From: Calditrichota bacterium
Lineage (GTDB): Bacteria > Electryoneota > B3-LCP
Reading direction: 5' to 3'
Assembly: GCA_020051775.1 (NCBI GenBank)
Contig: JAGVQJ010000163.1
Coordinates: forward strand, 2,928 to 66,927
DNA length: 64,000 nucleotides
This document shows, one piece after another, positions 54,024 to 63,267 of the stretch. The number at the start of each line of letters is the position of its first letter. Position 1 is the stretch's first letter. The notes under the pieces are model-generated. The model made no database searches. It worked only from the letters and a program-made list of their open reading frames with translations, and was not told the origin of the DNA. The position numbers and the translations under genes were made by a program.

Positions 54024-54497
54024 TTATTTAAGTAATTCTGCAAGAGTTGAAACATTTTCGGCGTTTCGACTCATTATTCTGATCACCCGGTGCGAATCGT
54101 CTAGGGTAGAGAAATTCAGGCTGAGGCGATAATCCCATTTATCGAAATAAGTGTTGATTATTTCAGCCCATTCCACAAGAATGATGCCGCTGCGGAGGCT
54201 GATCAATTCATCAAACCCTGTCGTGACTATCTCCTGGGGCTTCCGCATACGAAAACAGTCTATATGAAAAAGTGGCGGCGACGAAGGGTATGAATGCAAC
54301 AATGCGAACGTGGGGCTGGTGACGATTCCCTGGTATCCGATTCCTGCGCAAATCCCACGAACGAAAACCGTTTTGCCCGCGCCCAGTTCGCCGTAAAGAC
54401 CTACCGTATCGCCGGTACGCAAAATCGAGGAAAAGACGCCAGCGATCGTCATCGTTTGGGATACTCCGGCGGATTCTATCCTGATAAACTCGGGCAT
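54024..54497 (-). CDS. tsaE: tRNA t6A37 biosynthesis ATPase TsaE
   Basis: GELGAGKTVFVRG P-loop, SPTFALLHSY and HIDCFR motifs. Confidence 0.88.
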   Translation of the reverse strand: MPEFIRIESAGVSQTMTIAGVFSSILRTGDTVGLYGELGAGKTVFVRGICAGIGYQGIVTSPTFALLHSYPSSPPLFHIDCFRMRKPQEIVTTGFDELISLRSGIILVEWAEIINTYFDKWDYRLSLNFSTLDDSHRVIRIMSRNAENVSTLAELLK

Positions 54498-54514
54498 GAA
54501 GTTCTTATTAGCTA

Positions 54515-56068
54515 TTAGCGCGGTTCCATCACGGCTACAGGCAAGATCATTTCCTCCAGGGATATGCCGCCGTGCTGGAAGCTATTCTTGTAGAGATTGA
54601 TGTATTTATGGTAATTCGTCGGATAAACGAAGTAGTAATCTTCTTTGGCGATTATATAATTAACGTTTATCCCCCGTCGTGGCAATTTGATGGTTTCGGG
54701 ATCCCGAATATAGAAAGCATGTTTGTCTTCGCATTTCAGGTTACGTCCGTACTTGTAGCGCAAATTGGTGGAGGCCTCTTTATCGGAAACCACTTTAGCG
54801 CCGCGCTGACTGCGGATGGAGCCGTGATCCGAAGTCAGGATCACGGTAACATCCTGCGTAGCAAAAGCGCGCAAGATATTGAACAATGATGAATGTTCAA
54901 ACCAGGAGCGAGTCACCGAACGATAGGAGGCTTCATTGCGCACCATCTCCTTGATAACGTCGGAATTGGCGCGGGCGTGTGATAGGATGTCTACGAAGTT
55001 GAACACCATCGAGACCAAGGGTTGATTAAAATAGGTGGAGACCTTTCGTTCTACCGTGTCGGCCTCCTCTAAATCAAGAATCTTCACATATTTGGAATCG
55101 TTCTTCAATCCCACGCCCAATCTACTCAATTGCTGATCCAAAAGTTGGTGTTCAAAGCGGTTGGATGACGATTCGTCATCTTCGCCCCGCTTCCAGAGGT
55201 CTGGGAATTGTCGTTCCAGGTCAAGGGGGAAGAGACCGCTAAATATAGCGTTCCGAGCATAAGGCGTCGAAGTTGGTAGAATGGCAAAGTGGTAATTGTG
55301 CTTGATGTTAAAAAGTTCCGCCAATAACGGCTCGATGACCATATATTGATCCAGGCGAAGGCAATCCACCACCAGCAGGAGAACTTTCCGACCTTTTTTC
55401 AACAGATCGGCCACATGCCTTTTCACCACATCTACGGAGAGATCAGGCTTATCATGGCCGTCAACCCACCGCTTATAATTATCTTCGATGAATCTTCCAA
55501 ATTCCAAGTTGCACTGATTTTTCTGGTCCTGCAGGACTTCTGATAGGCCCAGATCGGGAAAGCGATCCAGTTCGATGTCATAGCCGCAGAGTTTGACATG
55601 GACGTCAATCCAATCCTGCCAAGTAGTTTGGGACGCAACCAAGGATGTAATCTGGTGGAATTGGGTCAGATAATCCTTGGCAATATGATCGCGGCTAATC
55701 TTGGTTGCCTCTGTCAGTTTTTTCAAGACCATCAGCACCTGACTTGGATTAACAGGTTTGGTCAGGAAATCATTCATATTGCGCCCGATGGCTTCCTCCA
55801 TCAGGTTTTCTTCTTCACTTTTAGTGATCATTACGGTGGCGATACCGGGACGTAAAGCTTTAATTTCAACCGAAATCGCCATGCCGTTACGCCCTGTCAT
55901 CTGTTCGTCTAAGAGCACCACGTCGAAATCTTTTTGCAGGATCTGCGCGAGGGCGTCTTCGCCGTTGGTGACGGCTGTGACTTCATAGCCGCGTTCTTCC
56001 AGGAACATGACATGTGGCTGCAATAAATCTATTTCATCATCCGCCCAAAGAATTTTCTTACGCTCCAT
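54515..56068 (-). CDS. porX: PorX-like response regulator (receiver + PglZ/alkaline-phosphatase-superfamily domain)
   Basis: N-terminal receiver (KILWADDEIDLL..., VVLLDEQMTG, FLTKP). The C-terminal ~380 aa has PglZ hallmarks (VVDCLRLD, ILTSDHGS). 517 aa, the size and architecture of PorX. Adjacent to tsaE. Confidence 0.8.
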   Translation of the reverse strand: MERKKILWADDEIDLLQPHVMFLEERGYEVTAVTNGEDALAQILQKDFDVVLLDEQMTGRNGMAISVEIKALRPGIATVMITKSEEENLMEEAIGRNMNDFLTKPVNPSQVLMVLKKLTEATKISRDHIAKDYLTQFHQITSLVASQTTWQDWIDVHVKLCGYDIELDRFPDLGLSEVLQDQKNQCNLEFGRFIEDNYKRWVDGHDKPDLSVDVVKRHVADLLKKGRKVLLLVVDCLRLDQYMVIEPLLAELFNIKHNYHFAILPTSTPYARNAIFSGLFPLDLERQFPDLWKRGEDDESSSNRFEHQLLDQQLSRLGVGLKNDSKYVKILDLEEADTVERKVSTYFNQPLVSMVFNFVDILSHARANSDVIKEMVRNEASYRSVTRSWFEHSSLFNILRAFATQDVTVILTSDHGSIRSQRGAKVVSDKEASTNLRYKYGRNLKCEDKHAFYIRDPETIKLPRRGINVNYIIAKEDYYFVYPTNYHKYINLYKNSFQHGGISLEEMILPVAVMEPR

Positions 56069-56094
56069 GGAAACTCCTTAAAACCAGTTATCCA

Positions 56095-56982
56095 TTATCT
56101 CTTTAATTCCACATGAACTTTCTCTGCAAGGTCATCACTCAAACCGCTTTCAATCGCCAGCTCCAGCGCCTTAAGACTTAACATTCTGTAAATTGCCAGG
56201 GTTCCAGGACTGAGGGCTTGTAGCGTTTTAAGGTGTTGTCGAATGGTTTCAACGTCGCCACGAGCAACCGGTCCGGTTAACGACTTTAGCTCGCCCAATT
56301 CCAAGCAATTTTCCAAGCTGGATCGCATGAGCGGCCCCAGCATGGGCCTTATCAGAGATTCCGGTACGCCGGCAGTCAGCATCAATTCGTGAGCCTCCCG
56401 CATTAACACGGGGATAAAATTAGCGGCAAACACTGCCGCGGCGTGATAGACGCTCTTGCCTTGACTTGGCAATCGTACCGGTAAGCCGCCTATAAGTTTG
56501 ACCAGATCCATCAATAGAGGAACCAGTCGGTCATCACCTTCTACAGCGAAGTACACGTCGTTCAAGGTGGGTGTTGGTCCCTTCGCGGGGAAAGTCTGCA
56601 AGGGGTGCAGCGATCCCACCGGCACATTCGCAGCAGCTAATCCCGTCAAGGCTTCCCCGGCCAGCGCCCCGGAGACATGCGCGACACCATCCAAATTCGT
56701 TAGCGGCAGCAATTTGATTATGATACGATCCACGACTACGAGCTGGTCGTCCGGAACAGCTACGATCAAGAGACGAGTGTCGTCTTGGATCAGGTTGAAA
56801 TCCGAACCCGCCCGGTCAATACCAAGGGACTGGGCGAGGTCACGCGCTACTCCTGCGTGGCGATCTACAATAACCGTCAGCCTCAGCCCCACATGCGATA
56901 TTGATTTTGCCAGGGTACGGCCTACAGCACCCGCACCGATGAGACCGATGCCAATCTTTAAAGGCTTGTCATTAAATATCAT
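56095..56982 (-). CDS. Rossmann-fold oxidoreductase-like protein with DUF2520-type C-terminus
   Basis: IGIGLIGAGAVGRTLA dinucleotide-binding motif and a helical C-terminal half. The family name is from memory. Confidence 0.6.
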   Translation of the reverse strand: MIFNDKPLKIGIGLIGAGAVGRTLAKSISHVGLRLTVIVDRHAGVARDLAQSLGIDRAGSDFNLIQDDTRLLIVAVPDDQLVVVDRIIIKLLPLTNLDGVAHVSGALAGEALTGLAAANVPVGSLHPLQTFPAKGPTPTLNDVYFAVEGDDRLVPLLMDLVKLIGGLPVRLPSQGKSVYHAAAVFAANFIPVLMREAHELMLTAGVPESLIRPMLGPLMRSSLENCLELGELKSLTGPVARGDVETIRQHLKTLQALSPGTLAIYRMLSLKALELAIESGLSDDLAEKVHVELKR

Positions 56983-57062
56983 ACGAGTTATTTTTACAAG
57001 AAACCGGTTCACTTTATTAAGCGAACCGGTTCTTTAGGGAATCTCAATCCTGATTAACCCGG

Positions 57063-59732
57063 TCACTTCATCAGAATCATTTTTCGGGTCAGACTCCTGC
57101 CACCGGCTTCCATTTTGGCCAGGTAAATTCCTGAGGCCAGGTTCGTTCCATCGAAGGTTACCTGATAAGTGCCTCCCTGTCGGTAACCATTTACCAGAGT
57201 CGCTACAGGTCGGCCGGCAGTATCATAGACCGTTAGAGTCACATCACCCGAAGTCGGCAAGGAGTAGTGCAGCACGGTGGAGGGATTAAAGGGATTAGGA
57301 TAGTTCTGCTTCAATTCGTAGATCGAAGGCGTCGGCGCCGTTGGATCGAAGGGACCAACCGGGGACCAGGTGCCAAACCAGTTCAGAATGTTGTTCAGTA
57401 CCACGCGCCGCAAGGTAGTCCCCGCCAAACCAGAAGCTGCCTCAAAATTGAATGCGAAGTAGACCAGTCCGCTGGGGCCGTCATTCCAACTGATTCCAGC
57501 GCCCTGACCTGTCGAATTGTAGGTATAGGCCAGGCTGGCGATCCCTAAGGGGGCAATGGCGTTAGGGGATTGATTATTGTTGGCGCCGGTGCCTCCCGCC
57601 AGGAACAGAGTGGTGCCTTCCGTGGCAGGATTGCCTACCACGCCCGTCAGTTGCATGGATCCGGCGGCATTTAAGGACTGGCAGCGCAGCACATCAGAAT
57701 AAAAAGGCGTGCCGGCAAACTGCTCGTCAATGTCCTCGCCTGTTAAAAACAGCTTTCCGCCATTATTCAAGTAGTATTGGATGACGTTCTGTTCTGTGGT
57801 GGTCAAAGGCGCGTCGCAATTTGAAGTGTGCCAGATCGCTTTCGGATAGAGCATCAATTCATCTACCGGGATCGCACCTCGGCTAAACACATCCCAGTTG
57901 TCGTGTATAATTTGCAGAGAATCCAGATCCAGGTTGTACCAGTTCTCGAAATTGGAGGCGCTGTCATCACTGACCACGACCACTTCTGGACGACCAACCA
58001 TCTGATTGAGTTGGATTTCCAGGGGGAAGAGAAGTGATTGTGAAATGATAGACACGTCAATCGTCGTGACATGCACGGGGCTTAATTGATCCACAGTAAA
58101 GCGAACGGGATTGGAGACGTTATTCTGGGTGACGCCGGGTTGAATGTTGCCGTAGGTGCTGCCACCTTGAACGATTGTGATGTCAGGATCAGTGCAGGCG
58201 ATGGTCAGACTAACCCCGACGGCGGGATTCAACGTGGAGCTGTTCTGCAAGGTTACGATCAGATCAACGGTCTCGCCCGGATCGGGACGGCCATTGCCGT
58301 TGCCACCTACCGTATCGTCATACACCGCCTGGATCATTCCCAAATTGGGGAACATATAAGCCAAAGCTGCACCGGCATCAATGCGCCCATGCCCTAAAAG
58401 TCCGGTGTAGCTGGGATTGATGTTGTCAATGTTGACGCAAGTGTTGTACAAGACAGTGAGTACTTCATTCTGCCGCAAACTGGTGTCTGCCGACCAGATC
58501 AACGCCACCAGGCCCGCGGTGATGGGGCAAGCCATCGAAGTGCCGCTCATGTTGCCATAGGTACCGATGTAGGTGCTATAGATGTTGTTCCCAGGAGCGC
58601 AGACGTCCACCCAAGTGCCATAATTAGAAAAGCCCGCCACTTGATCGCCGGAGGCTGTTGCCGCTACGGCCACGACGTTATCATAAGCAGAAGGGTAATG
58701 CATGGTTTGGGTACTCTGATTCCCGGCAGCCGCGACGACGATACTGCCCTGATCCCAGGCGTTGTTCACGATGCTCTGCTCATAGCCGCTGTAGTAATTG
58801 CTACCCCAGGATAGTGAGATCACATCAGCGTCGTTGTCGGCACAATAAATGATGCCTTGTGTTCCGTAGTAAATTAGATCGTTGACACCGGCTCGCGCGG
58901 TCATGATCTTGGCTTTGCTCCCCGGGCTACCAATGCCCAAACCGTTGTCCGTCCGGGCGGAAGCATCACCGGCGCAATGTGTCCCATGGGCTTCAGCTTG
59001 TGGATTTCCGGGATTATTGTAAGGTTGAACGTTGTTGTTTCCGCCGTCCATGAAATTCCAGCCCCAGAAATCATCAATGTATTGGTTTTGGTCGTCATCA
59101 ATGCCATTCCACTCCATCAGCGTGATAATCCCGTTGTGATCTAGGTCTTCTTCGTAATTAATCCACAGGTTTTCGCGGAGATCCTGGTGAGCGGTATCGG
59201 TGCCTGAATCCACGATGCCTACGACCACAGGGGTATCGCCGCGATTAAAATCGTAAGCTTGCGCCGCATGGATCGCGCTCATGGCCCACTGCTGGCTGAA
59301 ATAAGGATCATTGGGGACATAGTCCAACCGATGGATCTGGTACGGCTCTGCTGTGATGATGTGGGGATTGTCTCCGTAGGCCGCCGCAACCGCATGCAGA
59401 TCTATATCGGGTGGGAATTCTATCACGTAATAGCGCGAAATATCCCGGATATCGGGAGTAGCAGGCGGTTGAGCCCAGGGAATCAGCTTCGCGATGGAAT
59501 GTACGTTGAACTGCCGGGCCAGCGCATCCAGGCTTTCGTTGCCCAGACTGGCGATGCCCGCTGCGTCGGTGCTTGTGCTGATGGTGCCCAGATTATCATT
59601 GAATTCCACTACGATGCGCCCCATCCATTGCATTTGCGCATTCATAGGTGGCGGCAATTGCATGGTAGCCGCGGTCAGCAGCGCCGGCAGCGTAAGAGTC
59701 GCCAGTAGCAGGAAGAACCCGCGTTTAGTCAT
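57063..59732 (-). CDS. Secreted subtilisin-like S8 serine protease with a T9SS type-A C-terminal sorting domain
   Basis: Signal peptide MTKRGFFLLLATLTLPALLTAA. Catalytic triad contexts GIVDSGTD, HGTHCAG and GTSMACP. C-terminal NYPNPFNPSTVLHYSLP...LTVYDTAGR...GIYLAKMEAGG is canonical for the Por sorting domain (TIGR04183 type). Confidence 0.88.
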   Translation of the reverse strand: MTKRGFFLLLATLTLPALLTAATMQLPPPMNAQMQWMGRIVVEFNDNLGTISTSTDAAGIASLGNESLDALARQFNVHSIAKLIPWAQPPATPDIRDISRYYVIEFPPDIDLHAVAAAYGDNPHIITAEPYQIHRLDYVPNDPYFSQQWAMSAIHAAQAYDFNRGDTPVVVGIVDSGTDTAHQDLRENLWINYEEDLDHNGIITLMEWNGIDDDQNQYIDDFWGWNFMDGGNNNVQPYNNPGNPQAEAHGTHCAGDASARTDNGLGIGSPGSKAKIMTARAGVNDLIYYGTQGIIYCADNDADVISLSWGSNYYSGYEQSIVNNAWDQGSIVVAAAGNQSTQTMHYPSAYDNVVAVAATASGDQVAGFSNYGTWVDVCAPGNNIYSTYIGTYGNMSGTSMACPITAGLVALIWSADTSLRQNEVLTVLYNTCVNIDNINPSYTGLLGHGRIDAGAALAYMFPNLGMIQAVYDDTVGGNGNGRPDPGETVDLIVTLQNSSTLNPAVGVSLTIACTDPDITIVQGGSTYGNIQPGVTQNNVSNPVRFTVDQLSPVHVTTIDVSIISQSLLFPLEIQLNQMVGRPEVVVVSDDSASNFENWYNLDLDSLQIIHDNWDVFSRGAIPVDELMLYPKAIWHTSNCDAPLTTTEQNVIQYYLNNGGKLFLTGEDIDEQFAGTPFYSDVLRCQSLNAAGSMQLTGVVGNPATEGTTLFLAGGTGANNNQSPNAIAPLGIASLAYTYNSTGQGAGISWNDGPSGLVYFAFNFEAASGLAGTTLRRVVLNNILNWFGTWSPVGPFDPTAPTPSIYELKQNYPNPFNPSTVLHYSLPTSGDVTLTVYDTAGRPVATLVNGYRQGGTYQVTFDGTNLASGIYLAKMEAGGRSLTRKMILMK

Positions 59733-59890
59733 TTTCGTCCTCGTATGGTGTTTCCAAAGTGGTCCGAAGAGAATATAGGATTTCCTTCGGAGCGAAATGC
59801 AATTAGTTGCGTTTAATAAAATAAGCAATGATCCGGCCTAAATCAAGCGAAATTTTTTGCACTTTGCACCCAACTTACTCTGTTTAGGGG

Positions 59891-59919
59891 TTGACAATGT
59901 AGGTCGGGTGCACTAAATT
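59891..59919 (+). promoter_or_regulatory. Sigma70-type promoter of mltG (TTGACA-17-TAAATT)
   Basis: TTGACA at 59891-59896, a 17-nt spacer, TAAATT at 59914-59919, about 40 nt upstream of ATG 59961. Confidence 0.55.
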
Positions 59920-59960
59920 ATTACACCCCCACAATAATCGTCCAAAAAAGCGGAGGGTGA

Positions 59961-61022
59961 ATGACCCATCATAACAAACAGATTTTAACTATTATCCTTA
60001 TCTTTATTATCGCGCTTTGCGCCCTGGCCTGGAGAGCGTATGTGGCCATTTATGGGGTGAACTATGCTCCCACTCAGGAAGAATTCACGGAAGTCACGAT
60101 TACACCAGGCATGTCGGTGCAAGCCATTGCCGCACAATTAAAGGAGCGCGGCATTATCGAAAGCTCGCGTGATTTTATCATAAGCGCCCGGCTCTTATTG
60201 CTGGATCATAGCATCCAAGCCGGTGATTTTCCACTGCCTTATGGCAGATCCAATGCTGAATTGCTTAATCGTTTAATGCATTCTGGAACGAATGCCACTC
60301 TGGTTACCATTCCTGAAGGATTCACATCCTTTCAAATCGCTGGACTTTTAAAACGACAGATCGGGTTGGATTCAACCAAATTTATGCAAGCTGTGCATGA
60401 TACCGCCTTACTGGCACAGTATGGCATTAAAGCGCCCTCCTTCGAGGGTTATCTCTTTCCGGATAGTTACAACTTCTATCACAATATGAAGCCTTCCTGG
60501 GTGGTCCAGCGCATGGTGCGTCGTTTTTTCCAGATCTATGACTCGCAGCACATGGCCCGGGCCGCCCGCATGGGTTTTACCAGAAATCAAGTTATCACGC
60601 TCGCCTCCATCATCGAGGGGGAGATTAAAATTTCAGAAGAGGGCCCATTGATTTCGGCGGTCTATTTCAACCGCTTAAAAAGAAACATGCCGCTGCAAGC
60701 TGATCCCACCATCCAATACATTTTGGCCGATCGCAGGCGCCTTTTTCGCAGCGATCTGACCATTGAATCTCTATATAATACGTACCTACATCGTGGATTG
60801 CCACCAGGCCCGGTGTGTAATCCGGGTGAATTAGCCATTGAATCTGCTTTAGCTCCAGCGGCCGTGCCCTATATTTTCATGGTTTCACAAGGCGACGGCA
60901 GTCATGCTTTTAACACCACTCTGGCTGACCACTTGCGTTCCAAGGTAAAACTGGATAGTCTTAGGCAAGCCCTGGCTCGCAGCAGAATGGATCCCACCAC
61001 CACCCAGGCATTTAAACCTTAG
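59961..61022 (+). CDS. mltG: Endolytic murein transglycosylase MltG (YceG family)
   Basis: Single N-terminal transmembrane helix, FEGYLFPDSY, ASIIEGE and LQADPTIQY motifs. Confidence 0.9.
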   Translation: MTHHNKQILTIILIFIIALCALAWRAYVAIYGVNYAPTQEEFTEVTITPGMSVQAIAAQLKERGIIESSRDFIISARLLLLDHSIQAGDFPLPYGRSNAELLNRLMHSGTNATLVTIPEGFTSFQIAGLLKRQIGLDSTKFMQAVHDTALLAQYGIKAPSFEGYLFPDSYNFYHNMKPSWVVQRMVRRFFQIYDSQHMARAARMGFTRNQVITLASIIEGEIKISEEGPLISAVYFNRLKRNMPLQADPTIQYILADRRRLFRSDLTIESLYNTYLHRGLPPGPVCNPGELAIESALAPAAVPYIFMVSQGDGSHAFNTTLADHLRSKVKLDSLRQALARSRMDPTTTQAFKP

Positions 61023-61034
61023 AAGTAAAGACTA

Positions 61035-63260
61035 GTGAAATTAGATGGATTAAGCCCAGTCCAAAAGGATGCGGTTTTAGAATATGAAGGGCCTGTGCTG
61101 GTGCTGGCTGGCGCCGGGAGCGGTAAAACCCGTGTCATCACCTATCGCATTGCCTATCTGCTACAACAGCACTTGGCACGTCCCTGGGAGATTCTTGCAG
61201 TTACCTTTACCAATAAGGCGGCCAAAGAAATGCGTGAACGTGTTCACGCACTTTTGGGCGGGGATACCGGGGACCTCTATCTGGGCACATTTCATGCTTT
61301 CGGTGCTCGATTTATGCGCCAACATGCCGCGGCTTTCGGGCGAGATGCGCGCTTCAGCATTTACGATGATGATGATCAGAGTCGCCTGATACGATCACTT
61401 CTAAAGACTGGGTTCAATGAGCAACAGGTCAAGAGTTATTTCGGACCCTCCAAAGTATTTATCGGGAAGGTTAAAGGCGGGTTGCTCGATCCGCAAGAAG
61501 CGGCAACAACACTCAATGTAAATTTGAGCAAACCACTCTTAGAGCTTTATCATCATTACGAAAATGCCCTTCGTAGCAATAATGCGTTCGACTTCGATGA
61601 TTTAATCAGCCTGCCTTGCCGTTTGCTGCGTCAAGACGCTCCGACTTTGGAAAAATACCGTCGCAGATACCGCTATATGTTGATTGACGAGTTTCAGGAT
61701 ACGAATGTTTCCCAGGGTGAATTGGCGCGATTATTGACCGCACCAAGCGGCAACATCACCGCTGTAGGTGATGACGACCAATCCATCTACGGCTGGCGCG
61801 GCGCAGTGATCGGCAATATATTAGAATTTGAGCGCGATTACCGCAATGTACGAATTTTTCGTTTAGAGCAGAATTACCGATCCACACAGGCTATTCTGAA
61901 TACAGCTTACGAAGTTATCAAAAATAACGTCAGCCGCCACGCTAAAAAACTATGGACAAACCGTGCCGGCGGAGAGAAGCCGTGGGTACTGCCCTGCAAC
62001 GACGACCGCGAGGAAGCTCGCAAAGTCGTCGGTAAAATCCAGGAAATATTGAATTCGGGACAATATTCTCCCGGGCATATCGTCGTTTTATACCGAACCA
62101 ATGCTCAATCTCGAGCTTTGGAGGATGCACTAAGATTGAATGCCCTCCCGTATATAATTGTCGGTGGTCTTAGATTTTACGAGCGCAAAGAAATTAAAGA
62201 TGTTTTAGCCTATCTACGCCTTCTGGTCAATCCCAGTGACGTCCTGAGTCTACAGAGAATCATCAATCTGCCTCCCAGAGGTATCGGAGAAAAAACCTTA
62301 AGCCGATTAAGCGAGTTTGCCAACGAAGCCAGTATCCCGCTATTCCAAGCGCTGTTGCGAGCTGGCGAAATTTCCGACCTCCCCAAACGAATGACTGAGA
62401 GACTGACAGCCTTCGGGCGTTGGATCGAAGATTTGCGAACGGCAGCCAAACATGAATCACTCCACAAAGTGGGAGAGAGGTTGCTCCAAGGGTCAGGGCT
62501 GATGGAATATTACCAAAAGGAAGAGACTTCCGAGTTTGTGGATCGTCGCGAAAATATCAGTGAGCTCTTAAATGCACTGCGGGAATATAGCTTCGAAAGT
62601 CAGAAAAGCGGCATGCAGGATCTTGAAAACTTTTTGCAGGAAGTTGCGCTGGTAACGGACATTGATCGCTGGAACCAGCAATCTCAAGCAGTGACATTGA
62701 TGACTCTGCACGCGGTCAAAGGTCTGGAATTCCCCATAGTATTCATGACCGGTTTGGAGGATGGGTTGTTTCCATTACAAAACGCCACCAGCGATCCGAG
62801 AGAGCTGGAGGAAGAGCGCAGGTTATTCTACGTCGGTGCTACGCGAGCCAAAGATCTGTTGTATTTTACCTATGCCCGCCATCGTTTGCGCTGGGGTCAG
62901 GAATTATCCTGGCAGCGGCCTTCACGCTTTTTACAGGAAATCCCCCCTGAGATGCTGGAAAGAGAAGAGGAGGAACCGACATATCAAAATACTATTGATA
63001 ACGGCGAGCTATTCCATAAAACTAAGCAACGTAATTTCTATGCCAAGCCTGCCAAAAGAATCAATGCAGCGCCGGAATTATTCAAAACCAACCAAGGTGA
63101 GTATTCCTTGGGGTGCCGGGTGCTTCACGGCCAATTCGGCGAGGGGATAATAATCCGCAGCGAAGGCAGTGGCGAGGGCTTAAGGCTGCTGGTAAATTTT
63201 GAGGAATCCGGTCAAAAAATGTTGCTGGCCAAATACGCAAAACTTCAGAAAATCACTTGA
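61035..63260 (+). CDS. pcrA: ATP-dependent DNA helicase PcrA/UvrD (SF1)
   Basis: LAGAGSGKT (motif I), TFTNKAA, MLIDEFQDTN (II), VGDDDQSIYGWRGA (III), YRS, TLHAVKGLEF (V) and YVGATRA (VI). Confidence 0.93.
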   Translation: MKLDGLSPVQKDAVLEYEGPVLVLAGAGSGKTRVITYRIAYLLQQHLARPWEILAVTFTNKAAKEMRERVHALLGGDTGDLYLGTFHAFGARFMRQHAAAFGRDARFSIYDDDDQSRLIRSLLKTGFNEQQVKSYFGPSKVFIGKVKGGLLDPQEAATTLNVNLSKPLLELYHHYENALRSNNAFDFDDLISLPCRLLRQDAPTLEKYRRRYRYMLIDEFQDTNVSQGELARLLTAPSGNITAVGDDDQSIYGWRGAVIGNILEFERDYRNVRIFRLEQNYRSTQAILNTAYEVIKNNVSRHAKKLWTNRAGGEKPWVLPCNDDREEARKVVGKIQEILNSGQYSPGHIVVLYRTNAQSRALEDALRLNALPYIIVGGLRFYERKEIKDVLAYLRLLVNPSDVLSLQRIINLPPRGIGEKTLSRLSEFANEASIPLFQALLRAGEISDLPKRMTERLTAFGRWIEDLRTAAKHESLHKVGERLLQGSGLMEYYQKEETSEFVDRRENISELLNALREYSFESQKSGMQDLENFLQEVALVTDIDRWNQQSQAVTLMTLHAVKGLEFPIVFMTGLEDGLFPLQNATSDPRELEEERRLFYVGATRAKDLLYFTYARHRLRWGQELSWQRPSRFLQEIPPEMLEREEEEPTYQNTIDNGELFHKTKQRNFYAKPAKRINAAPELFKTNQGEYSLGCRVLHGQFGEGIIIRSEGSGEGLRLLVNFEESGQKMLLAKYAKLQKIT

Positions 63261-63267
63261 TTATGCC

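Noticed and set aside
56498-57037. A 179-aa plus-strand ORF overlapping the DUF2520 gene.
   Set aside because: It is antisense to a gene with a clear Rossmann motif, and its Ser/Pro/Arg/Thr-rich composition is typical of shadow frames.
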